64,000 nt of DNA from Elusimicrobiota bacterium (GCA_035533295.1 DATLUA010000014.1:28534-92533); one strand, 5' to 3'. Positions 10,330 through 20,145 are shown, counted from the first letter of the stretch. Made by a program: numbers and translations. Notes: generated from the letters alone by a model not told the origin.

Positions 10330-11340
10330 TTAGAGCCCGCGGGCCCGGACGTCGTGGATTTGAATCATGCCCACGGCGTGGCGCGCGCGGTCCACGACGG
10401 GAAGGACGTTGAAGGGGTTTTTCCGGTTTTCCATGAGCGCGATGGCCTTGACGGCGGGCTGGCTTTCCTCGATGGCGGTGGGGCGGGGGTTCATGATGGT
10501 GCGGATATTTTTGGTGAAGATGTTCCCACCTTTTTTCAAGGCTTTGCGGATGTCGTAATCAGTCACAAGGCCGACGAGGCGGCCACGGCGGTCGGTGACG
10601 GCCGCCGCGCCGGCCTGCTTTTTGGTGATTTCCACGATAAGACGCTCGACGGAGTCTCCCACGAACACGGCGGGATTTAAATGCCCGCCGCGCATGATGT
10701 CGCGCGCGCGCAGGGTCAACCGCCGTCCGATCTGTCCGGCGGGGTGGTTGGCCGCGAAATGCTCAGCCTTGAAGTTGCGGCGCTTCATGAGCGCCACGGC
10801 CAAGGCGTCGCCGGCGGCCAGGGCCGCGGTGGTGCTCGCTGTGGGAGCCAAGTTCAAGGGGCAGGCTTCTTCAACGGCGGGAATTTCCAAGACGACGGCC
10901 GCGTGCTTGGCCAGGGTCGAACGCGGGCTCGCGGTCAGGGCGATGAGCCGGGCGCCGATGGAGCGGAGCGCGGGCAGGAGGCGGTTGAGCTCCTCCGATT
11001 CCCCTGATTTTCCCACGGCCAGGACCAAATCCTGCCTTTGGATGAAACCCAACCCTCCGTGCAGCGCGTCGCCAGGATCCAAATAGGCGGCCGGAGTGCC
11101 GGTCGAAGAGAGGGTCGCCGCTATCTTTTGGGCGATGAAGCCGGATTTGCCAACGCCCGTCACTATCACCTTGCCGCGGCAGCGCGCGAGGAGTTCCACC
11201 GCCTCGGCGTAGCTTCGGCCTACGGCTCGCCGTAGGAGAGCCAGGGCTCTGGCCTCGACGCCGATGACGCGCCGGATTTCTTTTTGCGCGGAGGCGCGGG
11301 AGGGACCTCGGGCGGCCATGGTGCGCATAGTGTAGTGCAT
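10330..11340 (-). CDS. kpsF: arabinose-5-phosphate isomerase (KpsF/GutQ family; SIS + tandem CBS)
   Basis: SIS motif GVGKSGFIAQKIAATL and C-terminal CBS pair. The 547-aa ORF is trimmed to MHYTMRTM... at 11340, which is preceded by GGAGG. The upstream 211 aa are low-complexity and have no SIS similarity. Confidence 0.85.
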   Translation of the reverse strand: MHYTMRTMAARGPSRASAQKEIRRVIGVEARALALLRRAVGRSYAEAVELLARCRGKVIVTGVGKSGFIAQKIAATLSSTGTPAAYLDPGDALHGGLGFIQRQDLVLAVGKSGESEELNRLLPALRSIGARLIALTASPRSTLAKHAAVVLEIPAVEEACPLNLAPTASTTAALAAGDALAVALMKRRNFKAEHFAANHPAGQIGRRLTLRARDIMRGGHLNPAVFVGDSVERLIVEITKKQAGAAAVTDRRGRLVGLVTDYDIRKALKKGGNIFTKNIRTIMNPRPTAIEESQPAVKAIALMENRKNPFNVLPVVDRARHAVGMIQIHDVRARGL

Positions 11341-11409
11341 TGCCTCCGCCGCCCGCAAGGAGCCGTTTTGACCCATCTTTGCGGGCATCAGGTAAGGTAA
11401 AATTAAGCC

Positions 11410-12051
11410 ATGCTCGAGGCTATGTCCGGCAAATATGTCCATCTGCGGCGGGGAATCATCACGGCCTACGAGTCCTTCAGCGTGCGGAAAGATGGAGAGT
11501 GGAAGGCGGCCTGCGGTAAAAACACGGTGGGACCGGAATATCCCGCGAATTTCATGATCGAGACGGCTTTGGACGAAACGTGGCGGGTCTCGGCGCTTGA
11601 GGCCAAGCTCAAAACCCGCTCGCGCGAGATTTCCTCGTCGTATCGTTGGTGCGCCGGCGGGTGGGGCGGCGGCGTCTCTGAAACCGGCCGAAACGCCCGT
11701 GATTGCCATATCCCCATGGTGGAAGGGCTGGAGGTTTGCTGTCCGCTGGCGTTCTTCGACGGCCTGCTTTTTCGCCGGTTGGGCCTTCTTGCAGCCAGTC
11801 AAATCCGCATCGAGCTGTTGGAGGTTCAGGAAGAAAGCCTGGAAACGGTCCAAACCTACCGGATTATCGAGCGGCTTGAGGACGAGCCGGCGCAGTGGCG
11901 CGGACAAAACGTTAGCGCCTCTCGCTATAGGATCACCGACCCCTTCGGTGAGATGGAAGGGGTTTGGGTTCATCCGAGAGGCGCCTGCCTGTGGCGGCGG
12001 ACGGCGGGAGGAGAGGAGCGTTACCGGCTTATGGAGTTTTCTGAAGCCTGA
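11410..12051 (+). CDS. hypothetical protein
   Basis: 213-aa ORF with protein-like composition in the gap between divergent kpsF and the island. No motif recognised. Confidence 0.4.
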   Translation: MLEAMSGKYVHLRRGIITAYESFSVRKDGEWKAACGKNTVGPEYPANFMIETALDETWRVSALEAKLKTRSREISSSYRWCAGGWGGGVSETGRNARDCHIPMVEGLEVCCPLAFFDGLLFRRLGLLAASQIRIELLEVQEESLETVQTYRIIERLEDEPAQWRGQNVSASRYRITDPFGEMEGVWVHPRGACLWRRTAGGEERYRLMEFSEA

Positions 12052-12057
12052 AATTCA

Positions 12058-12087
12058 TTGCTCGACGAGGACGCGTTTCAGTAGAAT
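12058..12087 (+). promoter_or_regulatory. candidate sigma70-like promoter for island plus-strand operon (TTGCTC-18-TAGAAT)
   Basis: Hexamers at 12058-12063 and 12082-12087 lie upstream of the 12116 ATG. No Shine-Dalgarno sequence is evident. This is a weak call. Confidence 0.2.
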
Positions 12088-12115
12088 ACCAGTCCGTCAA
12101 CAATCATAATATCCC

Positions 12116-13954
12116 ATGCCTCCGGCATTTAACGTTCGACCCAAGGCGCTAGTCCTGCTTCCGGCTTGGCGGGAAAGAAGCTCGGATGAAGAGGCGTGGA
12201 TTTCCGCGCTGTTGCGCCAGTCGGGCCGATCTCTGGGCGCTATAATCGTCCATGACCCAGGATTCCCCGGCGAGCGCCGGGGCGGGCTTCATTTCTCCCA
12301 CCGGCACTGGCGGGATTTCCGGGAACAGTGCAAGGAGGCGATCTTCGAGAATCCCATCGAAGTCGTCGTCGCCATAGGAGAAGCCGCCAAGGCTGAGAAC
12401 CTTGACGCCTTGTCCGGCTGGGCGCCCAACATTCCGCGCGTCTCCTTGTTCTTGGAGGCGGATCTTTCCGGCCCAAGGCCGCTGCGTCTCAAATCTATTT
12501 CTGACTGCTCTGATCTCGTTTTGTACCGGGGAGACTGGAAAAGCGGCGGCGGGCGCGATTCGTGCATCGGGTTCATCCGAGAGCCGGAAGACGTCCTGCA
12601 GCACATCCGCAACCGCTTCGCGTTGCAATGGCTGCATGTCGGCGCGCCGGAGCCCAAGAGCCCGCCGACCGTCGATATTTTCACGCGTCGAGGGGGAGAA
12701 GCGCGCGCTCGGATAAAACGACTGATTGGCGGACTGGGTCCTGCGGCGCGCGCTCGGCATGTCGAGCTGAGTGGTTTTCGGCAAGCCAATGGAGGCGCGG
12801 CCTTTTGGAATGCAGCGTTTCGCTCTTCTCGCGCTGATTACCTGGTATTTTTGAACGAACTGTTTTGGCTTCCGGACAAAGCCCTGGCCCGGATGCTGGA
12901 GTACTTCAAGATGGGTTCCGCGCTGGCCGTGGTCGGCGCCGCGAGCCGGGAAGCCGCCGATTTGAAGGAAGTTCGCCGCCTGGCTTCGCTCCATCACATG
13001 TCCGGAGGGCATCGGGAATGCGGGCGCTTCCTGCATGCGCACTGCTGGATGCTTAGCCGGCAGGCCTTGAGGCAGACGGGCTTCTTGGATGAAAGGTTCC
13101 GCTGCCGGCGGTTCGCTCTCTATGATTACGGATTCCGCTTGCGCCAAGCCGGGTTTCGGCTTTTCACCGCCACGGATATCGCGGCTTGGCGCATCGGGAA
13201 GAAGGCGGGCGAGGCTTGTGAACCATCCAGCAGCGCCGAGCGAGATCTGGAGCTTTTGGAGAGAAAGTGGTGTGAAAACGGAATCGGAGCTATACTAAGG
13301 CTTTCCCGCAAAACCCAGGGCGGAGGGAAAGCCGTTGCTGCCCGAGCAAACGAAAAGGATTCCGTCTTCGGCGCATGGTTCCGCCACGAGCGGTCGGATT
13401 CCGCAGGCATGAGCGCTGAACTGAGGAATTTGATGAATCAATCCAGGCACGAGAGCGCGCGTTTGTACGCGGATTTCCGCGGGGCCATAGAGGACCGCCA
13501 TGACCGGTTGAGCCGCGAACTCCGGAAAGCTATAGACGAGCGTCATGGCCAGATCACCCGGGATATTTGGAGCGCGGCGGAAAGCCTGCGCGCCCAATCG
13601 CAACGGATGCAGCACGACATGGAAAGATCCATCCGGCCAGAACTGGCCGGCGTGCTGTATCAGCTCCAGAAGCAAGAATCCGAAATCCGCGCATGGGAGC
13701 GGGATAACAGCGCCCGGGTGACGGATTTGCGCGAGGATATGGACGACCGCTATGATAAGCTCGGTCGCGACTTCCGGAGAATCACTGCTCAGATGAGCAA
13801 ACAGTTGAGCGCGGTGGCGGGAAGCTTTTTAGCAGCCATCCTCGCATTGCAGCAAAAACCTGTTCCTTTTCTTAAGAATGGAACAAAAAAAATGGGGAAC
13901 GATGGTGAAAAAACCGTTAAACGCGCGTCCTCCGATTTCCCCAAGGCGAAATAA
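12116..13954 (+). CDS. GT2-like (divergent) glycosyltransferase domain protein with long C-terminal coiled coil
   Basis: The central region FALYDYGFRLRQAGFRL parallels the EDYDYCLRxxQAGY block of the GT2 genes at 46492 and 48426. The DxD position reads NEL (FLNELF), so it may be non-canonical. The last ~200 aa are a heptad-rich coiled coil (RDFRGAIEDRHDRLSRELRKAIDERH...). This is the first gene of the plus-strand operon. Confidence 0.5.
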   Translation: MPPAFNVRPKALVLLPAWRERSSDEEAWISALLRQSGRSLGAIIVHDPGFPGERRGGLHFSHRHWRDFREQCKEAIFENPIEVVVAIGEAAKAENLDALSGWAPNIPRVSLFLEADLSGPRPLRLKSISDCSDLVLYRGDWKSGGGRDSCIGFIREPEDVLQHIRNRFALQWLHVGAPEPKSPPTVDIFTRRGGEARARIKRLIGGLGPAARARHVELSGFRQANGGAAFWNAAFRSSRADYLVFLNELFWLPDKALARMLEYFKMGSALAVVGAASREAADLKEVRRLASLHHMSGGHRECGRFLHAHCWMLSRQALRQTGFLDERFRCRRFALYDYGFRLRQAGFRLFTATDIAAWRIGKKAGEACEPSSSAERDLELLERKWCENGIGAILRLSRKTQGGGKAVAARANEKDSVFGAWFRHERSDSAGMSAELRNLMNQSRHESARLYADFRGAIEDRHDRLSRELRKAIDERHGQITRDIWSAAESLRAQSQRMQHDMERSIRPELAGVLYQLQKQESEIRAWERDNSARVTDLREDMDDRYDKLGRDFRRITAQMSKQLSAVAGSFLAAILALQQKPVPFLKNGTKKMGNDGEKTVKRASSDFPKAK

Positions 13955-15097
13955 ATGAGCCCGCGCCTCAGCTTGATTTTTAAGCTCCTCGCCGAGAAAG
14001 TCGACGCCGGCGTCGCGCGGCTGGACGGAAAAAAAGACGGCCAGCCCATCCGCGAGCTGCATTTGGAGCTCACCCACCGCTGCAACCTAAAATGCGTCAT
14101 GTGCCACCATTGGGAGATGCCTTTCAAGGATCGGGAATCGGTCAAGCGCGAGATGAATCTGGCGCAAATCCGTTCCTTCGTCGAAGGCTCGCAAAGGCTG
14201 AAGGACGTGGAAATCGTGGTCTTGACCGGCGGCGAGCCGTGGCTTAGGACGGACATCGTGGATGTCGCAGCTTTTTTATCCAGCCATTATCCCAAGGCGT
14301 CCTTGGGTATCTTGAGCAATTTCTGGAACACGGAGATGGTCCGCCGGCGCTTGAACGAGCTGCGCGCGCGCGGAGTCAAAAACCTCTGGCTGGGCTCTTC
14401 CCTGGACGGCTTGGAGGAGGCGCACGATGAGGTGCGCGGGCAAAAGGGAGCCTTTAAAGGCCTTATGGAAACCGCGCGCATGATGCGGGCGGAGTTTCCG
14501 GAGGTCCACTTCAGCTTCAGCTTCACCATCACGCCCAAGAACTACCGCGAGCTTTGGCCCGCCTACGAACTTGTCTCGGGCATGGGCTTGTGGTTCGGCG
14601 CCCAAATGGTGGTCGAGCACCAGAAATTCGAGGCGCCCGAGACATTCTCCTGGACCGATGGGCAGCTTTCCGAGATTGAGGGGCAAATTGAGCGGATTTT
14701 GCGGCACCTGGCCGATGAAAACCTGGCTTTGGAGCGCTTGATGCAAGGCAAAGACCGCGAGTCCCTGTGGCTTTGGACCAGACTTTTGTACTGGTGGTAC
14801 CTGGGCAAATACGCGCGCAAGCCCGAACGCTTCTTCAAGGACTGTCTGGCGGGGCAGAGATACGCCATGCTCAGCCCCGAGGGCGACGTATTCTTTTGTC
14901 CCGTGAACAAGCATCGCACCATCGGCAACGTGAAGGAGGCATCGTTCGACGGGGTCTGGGATTCTCGAAAAGCCGAGTCGGAACGGGGCTACGTGGATTC
15001 CTGCCAATGCGACTGCTGGCTTAATTGCATCGCCAATCCCGTTCTAGATCGCGCGATGGCGCTCGGGACGGGCAAGGCCGAGGGCGCGCTGCGATGA
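13955..15097 (+). CDS. radical SAM/SPASM domain protein
   Basis: CNLKCVMC radical SAM motif. C-terminal SPASM-type cysteines (FFCPVNKHRTIGNVKE...FDGVWDS...CQCDCWLNC). The start is immediately adjacent to the upstream stop. Confidence 0.85.
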   Translation: MSPRLSLIFKLLAEKVDAGVARLDGKKDGQPIRELHLELTHRCNLKCVMCHHWEMPFKDRESVKREMNLAQIRSFVEGSQRLKDVEIVVLTGGEPWLRTDIVDVAAFLSSHYPKASLGILSNFWNTEMVRRRLNELRARGVKNLWLGSSLDGLEEAHDEVRGQKGAFKGLMETARMMRAEFPEVHFSFSFTITPKNYRELWPAYELVSGMGLWFGAQMVVEHQKFEAPETFSWTDGQLSEIEGQIERILRHLADENLALERLMQGKDRESLWLWTRLLYWWYLGKYARKPERFFKDCLAGQRYAMLSPEGDVFFCPVNKHRTIGNVKEASFDGVWDSRKAESERGYVDSCQCDCWLNCIANPVLDRAMALGTGKAEGALR

Positions 15098-18066
15098 AAG
15101 TCGCCCTGGTCCAGGCGCCCTACGGCTACCGCGGCCGCGAGGCCCCGCCCTTTTCCGTAGTTTGCCTGGCCGGCTACGTGCGCCATCACGGCCATGCGCC
15201 GCTTTCCATCGATTTCGGCAACGCCCTTTACCATGCCAGTTCCCCGGATTCGCGGGTCATGTGGAATGCCGACCGGTATTCCTTCTGGGAAAATCCCGAC
15301 GCCATCGAACGCCTGCTTCATGAGACCCGTGGAACCACGGACGCTCTTATCCGGCGCATTCTCGAGAGCGGCGCGCGCGTCATCGGCTTCGCGACGCATA
15401 CCACGTCTTTTCTGGCGAGCTTGGCGCTGGCCGAAAGAATCAAGCGCGAGGATCCCTCTCGCCTCATCGTTTTCGGCGGCTACCAGTGCGCGCGCGAGAA
15501 GTCCGGCCTCGCCTTCGCGGCCGATTGGCGCGTCGACGGCGTCGCCGTCGGCGAGGGGGAGCAAACCCTCGTCGAAGCCCTGGCCGGCGTGGAGCGCACG
15601 GGACGCCTGCCGGCAATTCCTGGCCTTCTGGTGCGCGGCGAGGACGGCCGCGTCGTCGATTCCGGCGACCGCGAGCCCATCATGGACATGGACTCGATGC
15701 CGTTCCCGGATTATTCCGACTTTCGGGAGGACATCCGCGCCGGGCTTTATTCCGATCCGCGCCGCCTCGATGTCTTCGACGGGCGCAGTTGCGTGCGGCG
15801 CTGCGCTTTTTGCAACGAGTGGCAGTTTTGGGGGCGCTTCCGCTCCCGCAGCGGACGGCGGATTTTAGAGGAAATTCGGCACCAGATGTCGGAGCATCCC
15901 ACCATCAACCATTTTTATTTTACGGGGCTTCTGGTTAACGGCAATCTGCGCGAGCTCTCGCGTTTCTGCGACTTGGTTCTGGAAAGCGGCCTCAAGTTCA
16001 CCTGGGGCGGGCAGTCCATCGTCCAGCCCGGCATGGATGAAAAGATGCTCAAGAAGATGGCCGCGGCCGGCTGCCGGTGGCTCGGCTACGGCGTCGAGAG
16101 CGGATCTGAGGCGGTGCGCTGGCGCATCAATAAGAAATTCACCAACGAGAACGCATACAAGACGCTCCGAGCGACGGCGGAGGCGGGCATCAAGGCCCAA
16201 ATCAACGTCATGTTCGGCATGCCCAGCGAAACGCGTGACGAATTTCAGGAGACGCTGTCCTTCTTGACCCGCGTCAGACCGTACCTGGACTCGATTCTGG
16301 CCAGCCAATCCTTCTGCGTCATCGATAAGGACACGCCCCTGCACCGCAATCCCGAGCGCTACGGGATCACCAATCAGGATCACCACCTTTTTTGGGAATC
16401 CAACGGCGGCGAGAACAACTACGCCGAGCGCTTCCGGCGCTATGAAGAATTTTGCAAGCTGGCGCTGTTCTTGGGAGTTCCGGAAACTTCGGGCGTGCTC
16501 TCGCGCAAGCCGGATAAGTGGTTTTTGCTGGGCTCGTATTACGAGTATAAAAAGCAGCCGCTCAAGGCCGTGCTCTATCTGCGCCGCTCTCTCCTCCATG
16601 AAATTGTTGGCAAGGACACTCTGACCCGGCTGGCCGGGCTTTACGCGCAATTGCGGCATCCGGCCCGCGCCTGGGCTTTACTGCAGGCGGCCCTGAGTCT
16701 GACGCCCGAGGGCGCTGCGGATGCCGGCGACGATAGCCTGCGCGTCCGCCGGGACGCCCTTTTTCCTTCCGTTCAGGATAAGTCCCTCGCGATGATCTGG
16801 CTCAGGCGCAGGCCGTGGGGACGCGCCCTGCGCCTCAAAGAGGCGGATTCAGTTGCTGCGGAGCGTAACGGCACGGGGGAAGCCGCGCGCCGCGCAGCGA
16901 ACATCGCCTTGAACGGGGACGAGTTTAACGGCCGCAAGGAGGTCCTTTCCTCGACCCCGTCGTTGGTCACTTTGGGGACCCATAACGCGTGCAACGCCAA
17001 GTGCGTCTTTTGTCTGGAAGGCAGCTATTCGCGCTTTAGCCTCGATATCTACAAGAAATTTTTCGAGGCGAAGATGGGACACTTCATACGCCAAGCGGAT
17101 CGGGTGACTTTCACCGGCTTTGGAGAAATCCTGTGGATACCCGGCATCGAGGAGTTCTTGGACTACATCAATGAGACTCTCCCCGACGCGGAGAAAATTT
17201 TCACGACCAATGGGACGCCGCTGCGTCCTTCGGTTCTTGAACGCATCGCGAAGGGGAAATACGGCATCCAAATCTCGCTGCATGCCTCCCACGCCGCGCT
17301 TCATCAGGAATTGACCCTCTTGAACGGGCAGTTCGGACAAATCTTGGAAAATATCAGAAGCCTAAGCGCACTGCGGCAGCGCCCTGGATTGGATAAAAGG
17401 ATTTTCGTTCATTTAGTCAACGTTCTGACCCGGCGGAATATCGACGATTTGACCGATTTTATCCGAATGTCCGTGGATTTGGGCGTTCAGAGCGTCCGCT
17501 GTCAGCATGTGACGATGTTCGTTCCCGAGCATATCGAGCAATCTTGCTTTTTCGATCAGGAACGGGCCAACGCCAGCATCCGACGCGCCGCGACCTTGGT
17601 GGAGGCGATCAAGCTCAAGCACCCGAAGACGACTTTTATTGCCTCGTTGCCGCCTCTTTTTGGTTCCCGCGCCCAACTGCAAAACACCGTCTGTTACGAT
17701 CCGTGGCAGCATGTCTATGTCGAACTCCAGGGCTCGGTCATTCCTTGCTGCATGTGGGGCGACCACATTGGGAACTTGAACAAGGGCGATGATATCGACA
17801 AGGTGTGGAACAGCCGATTCTACCAGGACTTGCGCCGCGGCATGGCTTCCGGGGATCCGCATCCTTGGTGCAAAAGCTGCGTGCGCTACGCCGGCTACAA
17901 CGTGGACAGTATTTTCTGCCACATCACCAACCGTCCCGAGGCCCAAAAGGCAGTTTTACGGGAAGTTCTGCGGCGAGGCTTGCCTCTGGAAAAATCCGAC
18001 AAGGCCGCGGCCGCGAAAATGCTCGGCAAGAATATGCCTGCCGGTTCGGGGGTCCTCGCGGCATGA
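15094..18066 (+). CDS. fusion: B12-binding-domain radical SAM + TPR-like linker + second radical SAM/SPASM domain
   Basis: The N-terminal half has MKVALVQAP, a GEGEQTL cobalamin-domain motif and CVRRCAFC. The C-terminal half has CNAKCVFC plus SPASM (VIPCCMWGDHIGNL...VWNS...CKSCVRYAG). ATGA overlap with the upstream gene at 15094. The ORF is trimmed from 15025. Confidence 0.85.
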   Translation: MKVALVQAPYGYRGREAPPFSVVCLAGYVRHHGHAPLSIDFGNALYHASSPDSRVMWNADRYSFWENPDAIERLLHETRGTTDALIRRILESGARVIGFATHTTSFLASLALAERIKREDPSRLIVFGGYQCAREKSGLAFAADWRVDGVAVGEGEQTLVEALAGVERTGRLPAIPGLLVRGEDGRVVDSGDREPIMDMDSMPFPDYSDFREDIRAGLYSDPRRLDVFDGRSCVRRCAFCNEWQFWGRFRSRSGRRILEEIRHQMSEHPTINHFYFTGLLVNGNLRELSRFCDLVLESGLKFTWGGQSIVQPGMDEKMLKKMAAAGCRWLGYGVESGSEAVRWRINKKFTNENAYKTLRATAEAGIKAQINVMFGMPSETRDEFQETLSFLTRVRPYLDSILASQSFCVIDKDTPLHRNPERYGITNQDHHLFWESNGGENNYAERFRRYEEFCKLALFLGVPETSGVLSRKPDKWFLLGSYYEYKKQPLKAVLYLRRSLLHEIVGKDTLTRLAGLYAQLRHPARAWALLQAALSLTPEGAADAGDDSLRVRRDALFPSVQDKSLAMIWLRRRPWGRALRLKEADSVAAERNGTGEAARRAANIALNGDEFNGRKEVLSSTPSLVTLGTHNACNAKCVFCLEGSYSRFSLDIYKKFFEAKMGHFIRQADRVTFTGFGEILWIPGIEEFLDYINETLPDAEKIFTTNGTPLRPSVLERIAKGKYGIQISLHASHAALHQELTLLNGQFGQILENIRSLSALRQRPGLDKRIFVHLVNVLTRRNIDDLTDFIRMSVDLGVQSVRCQHVTMFVPEHIEQSCFFDQERANASIRRAATLVEAIKLKHPKTTFIASLPPLFGSRAQLQNTVCYDPWQHVYVELQGSVIPCCMWGDHIGNLNKGDDIDKVWNSRFYQDLRRGMASGDPHPWCKSCVRYAGYNVDSIFCHITNRPEAQKAVLREVLRRGLPLEKSDKAAAAKMLGKNMPAGSGVLAA

Positions 18067-18800
18067 CCGAATGGTCCGGGCGGCTCGAGGGCGACGCCGT
18101 CTGGAGCGGCGACGTATTGGTCTCCGGGGACGTGGTCGTTCCGCCGGGCGCCAAGCTGCGCGTGGCAGCCGGCACCCGGGTCAGCTTCGCTTCCCGACCG
18201 AAGTGGTCCTGCGCGGTTTTTCGCGCGGCGCCGGAGGGCTACCCCATCGAGGCATCCGATCGGGAAGCCTGCGATCTCGTGGTTTTGGGCCAGCTCGAAG
18301 TCGCTGGCTCACCGGAAAACCCTGCCGTCTTTGGCGGCCAGGACGCCCAGTGGGGCGGCATGATTTTTTTGGAGCGCGCGGCGGCAACTCTCCAGCATTG
18401 CGTAATTAAAGTTGGAACTGAATACGCTCTGCAGGCTTTCGACGATGCGCGCTTGGCCCTGGAGGACTGCGGGTTGGAAGAGGCGCAGGTGGGAATCGCG
18501 TCCCGCGGGCTTTCCCACGTTAGCATTTTAGGCGGCCGCGTGCGCGCTGGGCGCTGCGGCGCGGTGGCCTGCGAAGGCTCGCGTATAACCTTGGACAAGA
18601 CTCAGATTCTGGATTCGCCGCAAGGGCTCTGCGCGGAGGATTGGGCGCTCGTCCGGGCGACGGGATCCCGATTCACGGCCAACAGAGATTTCGCCGTTTC
18701 GGCCCGAGGGTATTCCTGGGCGCGGTTCGACGGCTGCGACTTTGAGAAATCCGGCGAAACGGCTCTCAGGTGGGAACATGCCAGAATCGATGTCCGCTAG
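18063..18800 (+). CDS. right-handed beta-helix repeat protein
   Basis: Repetitive G-x-V/L beta-helix rungs (GDAVWSGDVLVSGDVVVPPGAKLRVAAGTRVSF; LGGRVRAGRCGAVACEGSRITL). ATGA overlap at 18063. The ORF is trimmed from 17805. Confidence 0.6.
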   Translation: MTEWSGRLEGDAVWSGDVLVSGDVVVPPGAKLRVAAGTRVSFASRPKWSCAVFRAAPEGYPIEASDREACDLVVLGQLEVAGSPENPAVFGGQDAQWGGMIFLERAAATLQHCVIKVGTEYALQAFDDARLALEDCGLEEAQVGIASRGLSHVSILGGRVRAGRCGAVACEGSRITLDKTQILDSPQGLCAEDWALVRATGSRFTANRDFAVSARGYSWARFDGCDFEKSGETALRWEHARIDVR

Positions 18801-20145
18801 GCTCTTTCGCGGCCTGTTCCCCTACGCTGAAAAGAGGGTGGCGCGGCGGCTCTGTCGTCTCGGTCTTTGGCGCAAGCTCGCCAATTATCTTTGGGTTGAA
18901 TTTCTAATCGGGCGGGGCTCCGTTCGCATGTGGGGGGGCAAGCCCTACTGGCTCACCGTCGATCCGACGAATTTTTGCCAGCTCCACTGCCCCTTTTGCC
19001 CCACGGGCGCCAACCGGGGGGTGCGCGGTAAATCGTCCATGTCCCTGGAACATTTCAAGAAGTTCCTCAATCGCGTCGGTCCGTGCGTCATCCACATGGA
19101 CATGATGAATTGGGGCGAGTCGCTGCTGAACAAGAACCTGCCGGACATGATTGCCCACGCCAAGCGCTACGGCATCGAAGTCAAGCTCGACGCCAACTTC
19201 AACGATGTCTCCGAGGAGACCGTTGAGAGGCTCGTCCTGTCGGGCCTCGACGTTCTGAGCGTCTCCATCGATGGAATTTCCCAGGAGACCTATGGCCGAT
19301 ACCGCGTCGGCGGGAAACTGGATCGGGTTTTGGCGAATCTTGAGGTTTTGGTGCGTAAGCGCCGGGAACTGGGTCGAGCCACCCCGCACATCATCTGGCA
19401 ATTTCTGGTTTTCCGCCACAACGAGCACGAGGCGGGAGGCGTCGAGTCATTCGCGCGCGCGCGCGGCGTGGACCAAGTGAGCTTCGTGGCCCCCTTCCTG
19501 CCCAACGAGCCGGGTTATTTGTCGGAATGGTCCGCTCGCGCGCCCAATTTTCGCCTTTACCCCCTGCCGGAAAAAGAACCGACGCCCGAGGAAATGGAGC
19601 GCGCTAAAAACAGCGTTCATGTAAAGCAGGTTCCTTCGGCGGAGGCTTTTCACGCGCGACGGTTTCAGTCCCGCCACCTGCTGAACTGGATATACCTTTC
19701 CGGCTTACTGACGCAGGCGCGCGGTCTTGAGAGTGGGATGAGGGAAATCTGGCGGCGGATGAGGGCGGCCATTTCCCAGGCGAAGGCTTCCGCGGCGGGC
19801 TTGGACACGGCGCCTTTTTCCGGAGCCAAGGGAGGCGCTCGCGCTATTTGCAAATGGCCCTGGGCCGGCATGGCGGTTAATCCCAACGGCAGCGTGTCGC
19901 CCTGCTGCAGCATTGAGAGCGAGTCCGACGATTTCGGTAGCGCCTTCGCGCAGGGCTGGGGAATGCTTTGGAACGGCCCGAAATATCGCGCGTCCCGACG
20001 ACATGTTCGCCGTTACGTTAAAAATCGCCGCGGAGTTCTTCCACACGCGGATCATGTCTGTGAACGCTGTACGGCCATCGGCTACGCCAATTTTAAATTT
20101 CCCATTCAGTGGACCAAGGACGCGCCGGAGGGCAAAAGCGCATGA
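18778..20145 (+). CDS. radical SAM/SPASM domain protein
   Basis: CQLHCPFC motif. C-terminal SPASM (NPNGSVSPCC...GMLWNGPKY...CERCTAIG). Start chosen at the ATG at 18778 with AGGTGGG upstream; the TTG at 18742 is an alternative. Overlaps the upstream gene by 23 nt. Confidence 0.8.
   Translation: MPESMSARLFRGLFPYAEKRVARRLCRLGLWRKLANYLWVEFLIGRGSVRMWGGKPYWLTVDPTNFCQLHCPFCPTGANRGVRGKSSMSLEHFKKFLNRVGPCVIHMDMMNWGESLLNKNLPDMIAHAKRYGIEVKLDANFNDVSEETVERLVLSGLDVLSVSIDGISQETYGRYRVGGKLDRVLANLEVLVRKRRELGRATPHIIWQFLVFRHNEHEAGGVESFARARGVDQVSFVAPFLPNEPGYLSEWSARAPNFRLYPLPEKEPTPEEMERAKNSVHVKQVPSAEAFHARRFQSRHLLNWIYLSGLLTQARGLESGMREIWRRMRAAISQAKASAAGLDTAPFSGAKGGARAICKWPWAGMAVNPNGSVSPCCSIESESDDFGSAFAQGWGMLWNGPKYRASRRHVRRYVKNRRGVLPHADHVCERCTAIGYANFKFPIQWTKDAPEGKSA

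Noticed and set aside
11341-11973. N-terminal 211-aa extension of the kpsF ORF (547-aa version)
   Set aside because: The upstream segment has no SIS/KpsF similarity and is Pro/Arg/Gly-rich. The ATG at 11340 is preceded by GGAGG and gives a 336-aa protein of typical KpsF length.
12149-13147. 332-aa minus-strand ORF overlapping the 12116 gene
   Set aside because: Antisense to a gene with GT2-like blocks and a coiled coil. It has spurious GC-driven composition.
15025-15093. Upstream extensions of several plus-strand ORFs (15025, 17805, 20109, 23256, 25107, 30552, 61285)
   Set aside because: In each case an internal ATG or GTG forms a 4-nt overlap with the upstream stop, or sits behind a good RBS. 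The extension overlaps the C-terminus of the previous gene in another frame.
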